From: Candidatus Acetothermia bacterium
Lineage (GTDB): Bacteria > Bipolaricaulota > Bipolaricaulia > RBG-16-55-9 > DRXL01
DNA: 38,557 nt
Direction of reading: 5' to 3'
Assembly: GCA_028275205.1 (NCBI GenBank)
Contig: JAPWVB010000001.1
Span: forward strand, 1 to 38,557
Shown one piece after another: positions 15,609 to 22,525 of the stretch. The notes under the pieces are model-generated. The model was not told where the DNA came from. It worked only from the letters and a program-made list of their open reading frames with translations, and did no database searches. Made by a program: the position numbers and the translations under genes. The first letter of the stretch is position 1. The number at the start of each line of letters is the position of its first letter.

Positions 15609-15711
15609 TTTGAATCACGGAAGGCACGGAACACTCCATGGAGAACACGGAAACTGAAGAAGAGCCGTTTTCCGTGCTTTCCGTTCTTCTCCGTGCTTTC
15701 CGTGATTCAAA
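15609..15711. repeat. ~100-bp palindromic intergenic element rich in CACGGAA/TTCCGTG units (MITE/REP-like) between pyrD and pyrC
   Basis: Left arm TTTGAATCACGGAAGGCACGGA (15609-15630) against right arm TCCGTGCTTTCCGTGATTCAAA (15690-15711), 21/22 complementary. There are further inner imperfect pairings: GGAGAACACGGAAA against TTCCGTTCTTCTCC. The pyrD stop codon (15707-15709) lies inside the right arm. Confidence 0.75.
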
Positions 15712-16651
15712 TCTCCCTCACCGCGCCGATGATCTCCTCGACGCTCGAAAAGCCGTTCTCCGCCAGCCATTGCTCAATTCCCGCCCAGAGCTTTTCAAAA
15801 ACCGTCGGCCCTTCCCACAGGAAGAGCGTCCCGATCTGCACCACCGAAGCCCCGGCGAGAAAGTGCTTGATCGCATCTTCGGGCCTGGTGATGCCCCCCA
15901 CACCCCACACGGCAATCTTCGCCCTGTGCTTCTGAAAGAATTTATAGAATCTATGGACTTCAGCCAATGCGATGGGCAGCACCGCCGGGCCGCCCAGTCC
16001 ACCGAAGCCCTCATTGGGACGAATCACCTTCGTCCGCGTCGCTAAGTCAATGTCGAGCGTCAACGGCTCAGAATTGATCGTCGCGATGTACGAGATCTCA
16101 AAATCCAGAAGCGTCCGAGCGATCTCCTCAAAGAGCTTGGGGGTGTTATTATATGGAGGGAGCTTGACCCCGATGGGGATCTTCACCTCGCGCGTGACAG
16201 CTTGTAAGACCGCACGCACGCCCTGTGGGTCCATAGCGATGGGGACATCTTCTAAATTAGGGCACGAGAGATTGAGCTCGAGGGCATCCGCGCCGGCCCT
16301 CTCTATCGTCACCGCGATCTCGCGGTACTGCTCGACGGGGGGAAGCCCGTGCGCACAAGGAGCACTCGCGATGCTCGCGATGATGGGTTTGCCAAACCCT
16401 TTGAGTTTTGGGATGAGCTTGGCATACTCTTGGTAGCCCAGATTGGGCAGGCCCATCGAGTTGAGCGAGCCGATCCCACCGTCTAAGTGCGCGCGCAGCC
16501 TTGGCTCAGGGTTGCCCTGGCGCGGGCAGTGGGTCATGCTCTTGGTGACGACCGCTCCAGCAGCTGAGCGCGCGATGCGCTCTAACTCTTCATACGTCAC
16601 GCAGTGGGGCCCAGAAGCGTTCGTGATGGGCGGGTAGAGTTTGATCTCCAT
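15707..16651 (-). CDS. pyrD: Dihydroorotate dehydrogenase, class 1 (catalytic subunit)
   Basis: 314 aa. NASG near the N-terminus, LNSMGLPN, ELNLSCPN (active-site Cys of class 1A type), GGLGGPA, VGGI. No pyrK-like partner gene is adjacent. Confidence 0.9.
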   Translation of the reverse strand: MEIKLYPPITNASGPHCVTYEELERIARSAAGAVVTKSMTHCPRQGNPEPRLRAHLDGGIGSLNSMGLPNLGYQEYAKLIPKLKGFGKPIIASIASAPCAHGLPPVEQYREIAVTIERAGADALELNLSCPNLEDVPIAMDPQGVRAVLQAVTREVKIPIGVKLPPYNNTPKLFEEIARTLLDFEISYIATINSEPLTLDIDLATRTKVIRPNEGFGGLGGPAVLPIALAEVHRFYKFFQKHRAKIAVWGVGGITRPEDAIKHFLAGASVVQIGTLFLWEGPTVFEKLWAGIEQWLAENGFSSVEEIIGAVREI

Positions 16652-16661
16652 GCTTGAGGAG

Positions 16662-16667
16662 ATTATA
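16662..16667 (-). promoter_or_regulatory. Possible -10 box (TATAAT) 10 nt upstream of the pyrD ATG
   Basis: Minus-strand TATAAT (16667-16662), then CTCCTCAAGC, then ATG 16651, inside the 23-nt lepB-pyrD gap. No SD and a weak -35. Confidence 0.3.
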
Positions 16668-16674
16668 AAGCTTC

Positions 16675-17400
16675 CTAGCGGGGGCTGCCAAAATAGCCAT
16701 TCATAAATCCGATCTCATGAGGCGGCCATACTTTCAAAAACGGCTCCCCAATAAAATCTTTCGCGCACACGAACGGAAAATCCCAAAAGCGCCCGTCTAA
16801 ACTATTGCGGCTGTTGTCCCCCAAGACAAAGTAGTGCCCCGGCGGGACTGTCAGGAGAGAATCGCCCATCTTCCCAGAATTATAATAACACCGGCGCTCG
16901 GGATTGGGATGATTAGGGTGATTGAACGCATCGTCGGTCATGGGGACGCCGTTGACATACACATAGCAATCTTTGATCTGGACGGTCTGCCCGCCCACGG
17001 CGATCAGTCTCTTGACGTAGCGCACCCAGCGAGGAGCTTCGTCAGTGCCCTCGTTGTGCCAGAAGACGATGATATCACCGGGCTTGGGCTTACGAAAATA
17101 GAACGAGATCTTATCCACGAAGAAGGAGCTGCCCGCGGCGATCGTGGGCTCCATGGACCCCGTGGGCACGCGCATCCGCACGATGACAAAATTCATCGTG
17201 ATGAGCGCTAACACTACAGCGACAACGATGATCTGCAGCCAATCGAGAGCCCACTCCATCCCTGGGCTGGTCTCAATCCCTCGACGATTGAGCACCCGAG
17301 CGAGCCAGGGTTTAGGGCGTTCCTCCTCAAGAACGATCTCGACACGAGGAGCTGTCGGCTCGCCGAGCAGGGGATCGTCTGGCTTCAGATCGTCAGGCAT
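16675..17400 (-). CDS. lepB: Signal peptidase I
   Basis: TM segment IIVVAVVLALITMNFV. Catalytic Ser box GSMEPTI, Lys box VKRLIAVGGQTV, and GDNSRNSLDGRFW. Confidence 0.9.
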   Translation of the reverse strand: MPDDLKPDDPLLGEPTAPRVEIVLEEERPKPWLARVLNRRGIETSPGMEWALDWLQIIVVAVVLALITMNFVIVRMRVPTGSMEPTIAAGSSFFVDKISFYFRKPKPGDIIVFWHNEGTDEAPRWVRYVKRLIAVGGQTVQIKDCYVYVNGVPMTDDAFNHPNHPNPERRCYYNSGKMGDSLLTVPPGHYFVLGDNSRNSLDGRFWDFPFVCAKDFIGEPFLKVWPPHEIGFMNGYFGSPR

Positions 17401-17403
17401 CGC

Positions 17404-17757
17404 TTACTTGCTGCTGGCTTCGAGGGCTTGCCGACGGAGATACGTCAAGCGCGCGCGGCGCGCCCGCCCACGCTCCACCACTTCGATCTTGGCGATCCGC
17501 GGTGAGTACAAGGGAAAGATTTTCTCCACCCCAACACCATACGAGACTTTTCTCACCGTAAATGTCTTGTTAGCACCGCTGCCGGCACATTTGATGACAG
17601 TTCCCTCGAAGATCTGAATGCGCTCCTTGCCCTCCTTGGCCCCCTCGCCCCCCTCCAAGAGGCGCTCGTGCACCCGAATCGTATCCCCGGCACGAAATTC
17701 CGGGATGTCCTTCTTCATAAGTTCCTGCTCGATCTCGCGAATGAGATTGCCCTTCAT
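17404..17757 (-). CDS. rplS: 50S ribosomal protein L19
   Basis: 117 aa. [13 protein letters not shown]...EGGKERIQ.FEG.VI...G....FTVRK.S.GVGVE..FPL.SP.I..IEV. SD AAGGGAG upstream. Confidence 0.95.
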   Translation of the reverse strand: MKGNLIREIEQELMKKDIPEFRAGDTIRVHERLLEGGEGAKEGKERIQIFEGTVIKCAGSGANKTFTVRKVSYGVGVEKIFPLYSPRIAKIEVVERGRARRARLTYLRRQALEASSK

Positions 17758-17782
17758 AGACGCTCACTCCCTTGGTGAAAGA

Positions 17783-18349
17783 TTATCGGCGCCCGCGCAG
17801 CCGATCTAAGATAATAGCAGCCGCGGCGCGCACCGACAAGTGATTATAGTCTGTTGGCCCCCAGATCGGAGGCAGAAAATAATCCATACGCTCTAAGACC
17901 TCGAGCGCCAACCCCCAGCCTGTTCCTAAGAGCACATAGACCGGACGGACATCTTGCTCGATCAGCTCACGCAGCTTCTCATAGCTGATGCGCGTCCCAG
18001 GCAACTCCCGCGCGTCCGTGCCGATGAGCAGGGGGGCGAGGCCCTCGCGCTCCAAGACCTCTTTAAAACTGGTCTCTAGCCTATCAACAATGCGGGCCAG
18101 TTGCAAGGCCGGGCGCCGATAGGCCAGATCGGGCTCAGCCTTCAGCCAAAAATCTATTAATCTTTGGGCAATCGCCTGCTGGCTGGGTAGCGGCGTGACT
18201 ATATAAAACTGCGTCACCCCATACGTGCAGGCGCTGCGCGCAATATCCGTCACGTCGATGGGGGTGATCATGGTGGTGACGATCTTGTCATGGCGATCCC
18301 GACAGGGATAGTGCACAAGAGCAATATAGAGATTGCCCATAGGTCTCAC
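17783..18349 (-). CDS. Putative SPOUT-superfamily SAM-dependent RNA methyltransferase (Methyltrn_RNA_4 / TM1570-like)
   Basis: 188 aa. The N-terminal YIALVHYPC.....IVTT.IT..DV.DIARSA.TYGV..FYIVTPL..Q matches my memory of this family, which is commonly found in trmD operons. GTG start overlaps the trmD stop (GTGA); the alternative ATG is at 18340. Confidence 0.65.
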   Translation of the reverse strand: MRPMGNLYIALVHYPCRDRHDKIVTTMITPIDVTDIARSACTYGVTQFYIVTPLPSQQAIAQRLIDFWLKAEPDLAYRRPALQLARIVDRLETSFKEVLEREGLAPLLIGTDARELPGTRISYEKLRELIEQDVRPVYVLLGTGWGLALEVLERMDYFLPPIWGPTDYNHLSVRAAAAIILDRLRGRR

Positions 18350-19026
18350 TTCTGAAGGAGATCTGGTCTGTTTTTGAGGGTCTTCTCCAAGGCGGCCCGG
18401 CGCCGAAATTCTTCGATCTTCTTATGGTCGCCGGTCAAGAGCACCTCCGGGACGCGCAGCCCGCGAAACTCCGGAGGGCGCGTATACTGCGGTGGCCCAA
18501 GCAACCTCTCGTGGTAGAACGAATCGTGCTCGAGCGACTCCTGCCTGCCCACCACCCCAGGCACAAGCCGCGCCACACACTCCGCCACGACCGCCGCCGC
18601 CGCCTCCCCACCACTCAAGACATAGTCCCCAATGGAAAGCTCATCGGTGCAGATATGCAAGACGCGCTCATCTACACCCTCGTAGCGCCCGCACAGCAAG
18701 ATGATCGCACGCTCTTGGGCGAGTTCCTTGGCAATCTGTTGCGTGAAGAGCTTGCCCTGGGCCGACAATAAAATGACTCTAGGCTCAACGGAAAGTTGAC
18801 TCTTAATAAACTCGACGGCGCGGAAGAACGGCTCGGGCTTGAGGACCATCCCTGGGCCGCCTCCATAAGGGCGGTCATCGACTTGTCTATGCTTGTCGGT
18901 TGTGAAATCGCGCAGGTCGTGAATATAGATTTCGATAATACCGGCCTGGCGCGCCGCGCCGATCACCCCCGCGGCGAAGAACCCCTCCAGCATCTGCGGA
19001 AAGATCGTGACGATATCAATGCGCAT
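18346..19026 (-). CDS. trmD: tRNA (guanine37-N1)-methyltransferase
   Basis: MRIDIVTIFPQM, DDRPYGGGPGMV, CGRYEGVDERV, SIGDYVLSGGE. Start set at ATG 19026 (M11 of the ORF-track protein). Confidence 0.9.
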   Translation of the reverse strand: MRIDIVTIFPQMLEGFFAAGVIGAARQAGIIEIYIHDLRDFTTDKHRQVDDRPYGGGPGMVLKPEPFFRAVEFIKSQLSVEPRVILLSAQGKLFTQQIAKELAQERAIILLCGRYEGVDERVLHICTDELSIGDYVLSGGEAAAAVVAECVARLVPGVVGRQESLEHDSFYHERLLGPPQYTRPPEFRGLRVPEVLLTGDHKKIEEFRRRAALEKTLKNRPDLLQK

Positions 19027-19348
19027 GGCGAGCCGAACGCGTCTTGGAGCGAGCACGGCCGCGCCGCCGCGCGCGCTTGGCCGCCGCGCGCGGCGGTGGC
19101 ACCGGCCGCGCTTCGATCACATCTAAGATCACGTCTTTGCCGACCGTGGCCCCGATTGCCCCCAGCACCTCGCGAATCGCTTCCGCGGTCCGGCCGCCCC
19201 GCCCCACCAGCCGCCCCATCTCCTCCTGAGGCACACTGATGTTGTAGATGTCAACTTTGGGCGTCTCGATCCGCTCAACGGTGATCTTCTCTGGCGCATC
19301 CACCAAAGCTCTGATCAGATACTGCAACGCTGCGAAGATGGGGTTCAC
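19016..19348 (-). CDS. KH-domain RNA-binding protein (UPF0109 / YlqC-like) with an Arg-rich C-terminal tail
   Basis: LIRALVD.P..I.VE........Y.I.V...EMGRLVGRGGRTAEAIR is the conserved KH protein of rpsP operons. The GTG start at 19348 overlaps the rpsP stop (GTGA). The last ~30 aa are RPVPPPRAAAKRARRRGRARSKTRSARHAH. Confidence 0.75.
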   Translation of the reverse strand: MNPIFAALQYLIRALVDAPEKITVERIETPKVDIYNISVPQEEMGRLVGRGGRTAEAIREVLGAIGATVGKDVILDVIEARPVPPPRAAAKRARRRGRARSKTRSARHAH

Positions 19349-19614
19349 GTCTTGGCTACTTTGGACTTGTGGAACTCCGCCAAGACGCCCTTCTTGGAGA
19401 GCAGATGGCGCGCCGTATCGGTCGGCTGCGCTCCCCGCCCAAGCCACAGGAGCGCCTCGGCAGTGTCGATCTCATACTCTCCGTGCAGGACGTCGTACCA
19501 CCCCAGGTCAGCGATCACGCGGCTGTCCCGCGGGCGCGACTCCTCGATCACTACTATCCGATACGACGGCTGCGACCGCCGCCCTGTCCGCTTCAGCCTG
19601 ATCTTTAATGCCAT
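19345..19614 (-). CDS. rpsP: 30S ribosomal protein S16
   Basis: MALKIRLKRTGRRSQPSYRIVV.ES...RDSR.I..LG.Y. Strong SD AGAGGAGGAA upstream. Confidence 0.95.
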   Translation of the reverse strand: MALKIRLKRTGRRSQPSYRIVVIEESRPRDSRVIADLGWYDVLHGEYEIDTAEALLWLGRGAQPTDTARHLLSKKGVLAEFHKSKVAKT

Positions 19615-19632
19615 GAACTTCCTCCTCTTATA

Positions 19633-20931
19633 TTATCGCAAAAATGGCATCTGTGGGAACTTCTTGCCCTTGAGCTGCTTCATCATCTTGCGCGCTTCCT
19701 CAAAGCGCTTCAAGAGCTTGTTGATATCGCTGACTTGTGTGCCGCTGCCCAGCGCAATGCGCCGCTTGCGCCGCGCATTTAAGATCTCAGGATGGCGCCG
19801 CTCCTGCGGAGTCATAGAATTGATGATCGCTTCGATCTTCACAAGAGCTTTTTCGTCCACCTCGACCTTCTGCATCCCGGGGAGCTTTTCTAATAACTTC
19901 GTGATCGGCCCCATGCGGCGCAACTGCTGAATCTGCTGGCGGAAGTCTTCGAGCGTGAAGCTCTCCTTCTGGATCTTTCGCAAAAACTCTTCGGCCTTCT
20001 TGGCATCCACGCGGGCCTCGGCCTCTTCAATGAGCGAGAGAATATCGCCCATCCCCAGGATGCGCTCGGCCATGCGATCGGGATGGAAGACTTCCAAGTC
20101 TTCTAATTTTTCACCAACCCCGATGAATTTGATGGGCCGACCCGTCACCGTGACCATGGAGAGGGCCGCGCCGCCGCGGGCATCCCCGTCGAGCTTCGTC
20201 AGAATGATCCCCGTCAATCTCAGACGCTGATCGAACGTCTGGGCAATGTTGACGGCCTCCTGGCCGGTCATCGCGTCTGCTACTAAGAGAATCTCTGTGG
20301 GCTGGAGGCGCTCCTTCATCTCGACGAGTTCCTTCATCAATTCTTCGTTGATCTGCAGGCGCCCCGCTGTGTCTATAATTAAGGCATCGAAAGAGTTTCT
20401 GCGCGCCTCGGCGAGCGCCCCTTCGGCCACCTCAACGGGTGTGCGCCCCTCAGCGTAGACGGGGTAGCCAAGCTTGGCCCCCAATTGCTTGAGCTGCTCG
20501 ATAGCTGCAGGGCGCTGCAGGTCCGTCGCCGCGAGCAAGACCCTCTTCTGAAGCTCTTCCGTAAGATACTTCGCGAGTTTTCCGGCCATCGTCGTCTTGC
20601 CGGAGCCCTGCAGCCCTACTAAGAGGAGCACGCTGGGCCAGCTTGTCAACTGCAGCTCGGCGCGCGTGCCCCCGAGAATTTGGACCAACTCGTCCCGAAC
20701 AATCTTGACGATCTGCTGGCCGGGGGTGAGGCTCTCTAAAATCTGCGCTCCCAGGGCCTTCTGCTTGACGTCGTCAATAAATCTCTTGACGACCTTGTAG
20801 TTGACGTCAGCCTCGAGCAATGCCAGCCGCACCTGGCGCAAGCCCTCGTCTAAGTCCTTCTCGGTGAGGGCGCCGCGCCGGCGCAACTGCGTCAAAATAC
20901 TATTGAGCTTCTCAGTCAGCGCGTTGAACAT
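19633..20931 (-). CDS. ffh: Signal recognition particle protein Ffh
   Basis: 432 aa. N domain; G domain GLQGSGKTT, DTAGRL, TKLDGDARGGAALS; Met-rich M domain (MGPITKLLEKLPGM...RR.RIA.GSG). Confidence 0.95.
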   Translation of the reverse strand: MFNALTEKLNSILTQLRRRGALTEKDLDEGLRQVRLALLEADVNYKVVKRFIDDVKQKALGAQILESLTPGQQIVKIVRDELVQILGGTRAELQLTSWPSVLLLVGLQGSGKTTMAGKLAKYLTEELQKRVLLAATDLQRPAAIEQLKQLGAKLGYPVYAEGRTPVEVAEGALAEARRNSFDALIIDTAGRLQINEELMKELVEMKERLQPTEILLVADAMTGQEAVNIAQTFDQRLRLTGIILTKLDGDARGGAALSMVTVTGRPIKFIGVGEKLEDLEVFHPDRMAERILGMGDILSLIEEAEARVDAKKAEEFLRKIQKESFTLEDFRQQIQQLRRMGPITKLLEKLPGMQKVEVDEKALVKIEAIINSMTPQERRHPEILNARRKRRIALGSGTQVSDINKLLKRFEEARKMMKQLKGKKFPQMPFLR

Positions 20932-20951
20932 AAAGATCAGACTGGCTGCTG

Positions 20952-20980
20952 ATTGTACCGTATACTGACAACGTTGTCAA
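20952..20980 (-). promoter_or_regulatory. Candidate ffh-operon promoter (TTGACA-17 nt-TACAAT)
   Basis: Minus-strand TTGACA (20980-20975), 17-nt spacer, TACAAT (20957-20952), 20 nt upstream of ATG 20931. Confidence 0.5.
20966..20979. promoter_or_regulatory. Perfect 14-bp palindrome TGACAACGTTGTCA overlapping the ffh -35 box (possible operator)
   Basis: TGACAAC|GTTGTCA at 20966-20979, in the divergent ffh / CNNM intergenic region. Confidence 0.35.
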
Positions 20981-21004
20981 CGCAGGCCGTAGCTTCCCTC
21001 AGGT

Positions 21005-21033
21005 TTGCAAAGCGCACACCGCGAACTTATAAT
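21005..21033 (+). promoter_or_regulatory. Candidate promoter of the CNNM-M1-pheT-panC operon (TTGCAA-17 nt-TATAAT)
   Basis: TTGCAA at 21005-21010, 17-nt spacer, TATAAT at 21028-21033. ATG 21068 is preceded by AGGTGAG. Confidence 0.5.
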
Positions 21034-21067
21034 CGAAACAGTAAAAAGAGCAGGTGAGAGAGACCGT

Positions 21068-22501
21068 ATGAGTCTAGCGATGGGCTTGACGATCCTGGCT
21101 GTCCTGACGGCCTTATCGTTCTGCTTCTCGCTCTCAGAGATCGCTATTGCGTCAGTAAGCCGGCTGCGCCTCAAGACGATGATCCGCGAGCACCCGCGCC
21201 GAGCGCGCGCCCTCCAAGCGCTCCACGACGATCCCACGTCGCTCATCACAGCACTCGCTATCGTCAATAACTTCGTCAATCTCTTTGCGAGCTCCATCGC
21301 CACCGTGCTAACCTTGCAGCTCTTTCCCCAATTGAGCGGCTCTGAGACCGCCCTGCTCGCCACGATCTTGATTACGATCTATCTGTTGATCTTCGGGGAG
21401 ATCACCCCGAAACATTTGGGCAAGAACAACGCCGAGCGCCTCACGCCCATCGTGATCGGTCCGCTCTATTGGCTCTCGGTGGCGCTGCGCCCGCTGACCA
21501 CGGCGTTCCAGGGGATAGCCAACGGGCTGCTGCGCTTACTCCCCCCGCAGTATCGCACGCGCGAGCCCGTGCACGTGAGTGAAGACCAGCTGAAACTCTT
21601 AATCGAATTGAGCCAGGAGCGCGGCATCCTCCAAGAAGAAGAGGGCGAGATGATCCGGCGCATCTTCGTCTATGACGATCTTGTGGTGCAGCACGTCATG
21701 GTGCCGCGCACGCGCGTGGTCGCCATAGAGATTCATACGCCCCTGGCCGAAGTGCGCGAGATCATCGCGCGGGAGGGGCACTCCCGCTACCCCGTCTACG
21801 AGCGCAATCTCGATAATATCCGCGGGATCTTGCATGCGAAGGATCTCTTGCGCTTCGGCTACGCTGAGAAACAAAAGCTCGACGAGTACAAGAAGAAGCT
21901 GCAAGACGAGCTGCCGCGGCGCATGAAGGAAGCCCAATCCCCCGAGGAGCTCAAAAAGCTCGCCGAGGAGAAAGCCTTCTACGAAGCGGAGGTGCGGCGG
22001 TTGCGCGAGATGCTCAGCGGGGCGCGGCTGGAACATATTATTCGCCCGGCGTTCTTCACCACGCCCAATAAGCCCATCAGAAAGCTCCTCCGCGACTTCC
22101 AGAAGAACAAAAAGCACATGGCGATCGTGGTGGACGAGTACGGCGGCATGATGGGGATCGTCACGCTCGAAGACATCTTAGAAGAGATCGTAGGGGAGAT
22201 CCGCGACGAGTATGATGAAGCCGAAGAGAAGCAAGCCGCCCTGCAGATCAAGCAGCTGGCGCCTACCGTCTATCTTGTCGATGGGGAGACCCCGCTCGAT
22301 GAGCTGAACGCGCGGCTTGATTTGGACTTGCCCCTCTCTGAGGCCGTGACTGTTGGGGGGTTGCTCTTGCATCGGCTTGCGGAAATCCCTAAAGTAGGGA
22401 CGACGCTCACGGTGGACGGCGCGCGCCTCACCGTGGTCGAGGCCACCGAGAAAGAGGTGCGCAAGGTGCGCGTCGAGATCTTAGCAACGACGAGAGTCTA
22501 A
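21068..22501 (+). CDS. CNNM/DUF21-CBS-CorC_HlyC family transporter (hemolysin-like / putative Mg2+/Co2+ efflux)
   Basis: Start set at ATG 21068 (MSLAMGLTILAV...). Four TM segments of the DUF21/CNNM domain (SEIAIASVSRLRL...GEITPK), a CBS pair, and the C-terminal CorC_HlyC transporter-associated domain (Y.VDG...L.ELN..L...LP......T.GG). Confidence 0.85.
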   Translation: MSLAMGLTILAVLTALSFCFSLSEIAIASVSRLRLKTMIREHPRRARALQALHDDPTSLITALAIVNNFVNLFASSIATVLTLQLFPQLSGSETALLATILITIYLLIFGEITPKHLGKNNAERLTPIVIGPLYWLSVALRPLTTAFQGIANGLLRLLPPQYRTREPVHVSEDQLKLLIELSQERGILQEEEGEMIRRIFVYDDLVVQHVMVPRTRVVAIEIHTPLAEVREIIAREGHSRYPVYERNLDNIRGILHAKDLLRFGYAEKQKLDEYKKKLQDELPRRMKEAQSPEELKKLAEEKAFYEAEVRRLREMLSGARLEHIIRPAFFTTPNKPIRKLLRDFQKNKKHMAIVVDEYGGMMGIVTLEDILEEIVGEIRDEYDEAEEKQAALQIKQLAPTVYLVDGETPLDELNARLDLDLPLSEAVTVGGLLLHRLAEIPKVGTTLTVDGARLTVVEATEKEVRKVRVEILATTRV

Positions 22502-22525
22502 ACACACAGGAGGCGACGAGGCGCA

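Noticed and set aside
15590-15711. pyrD-pyrC spacer considered as a PyrR-type attenuator
   Set aside because: The PyrR binding-loop consensus (approximately UCCAGAGAGG in a hairpin loop) is not present, only a purine run GAGAGAGAG that acts as the pyrC SD. No pyrR gene is in the window, and no terminator U-tract follows the hairpin.
15609-15711. Palindromic element considered as an autonomous IS or transposon
   Set aside because: It is about 100 bp with no coding capacity, and no transposase is present in the window. At most it is a non-autonomous MITE/REP-type element, so it is reported as a repeat.
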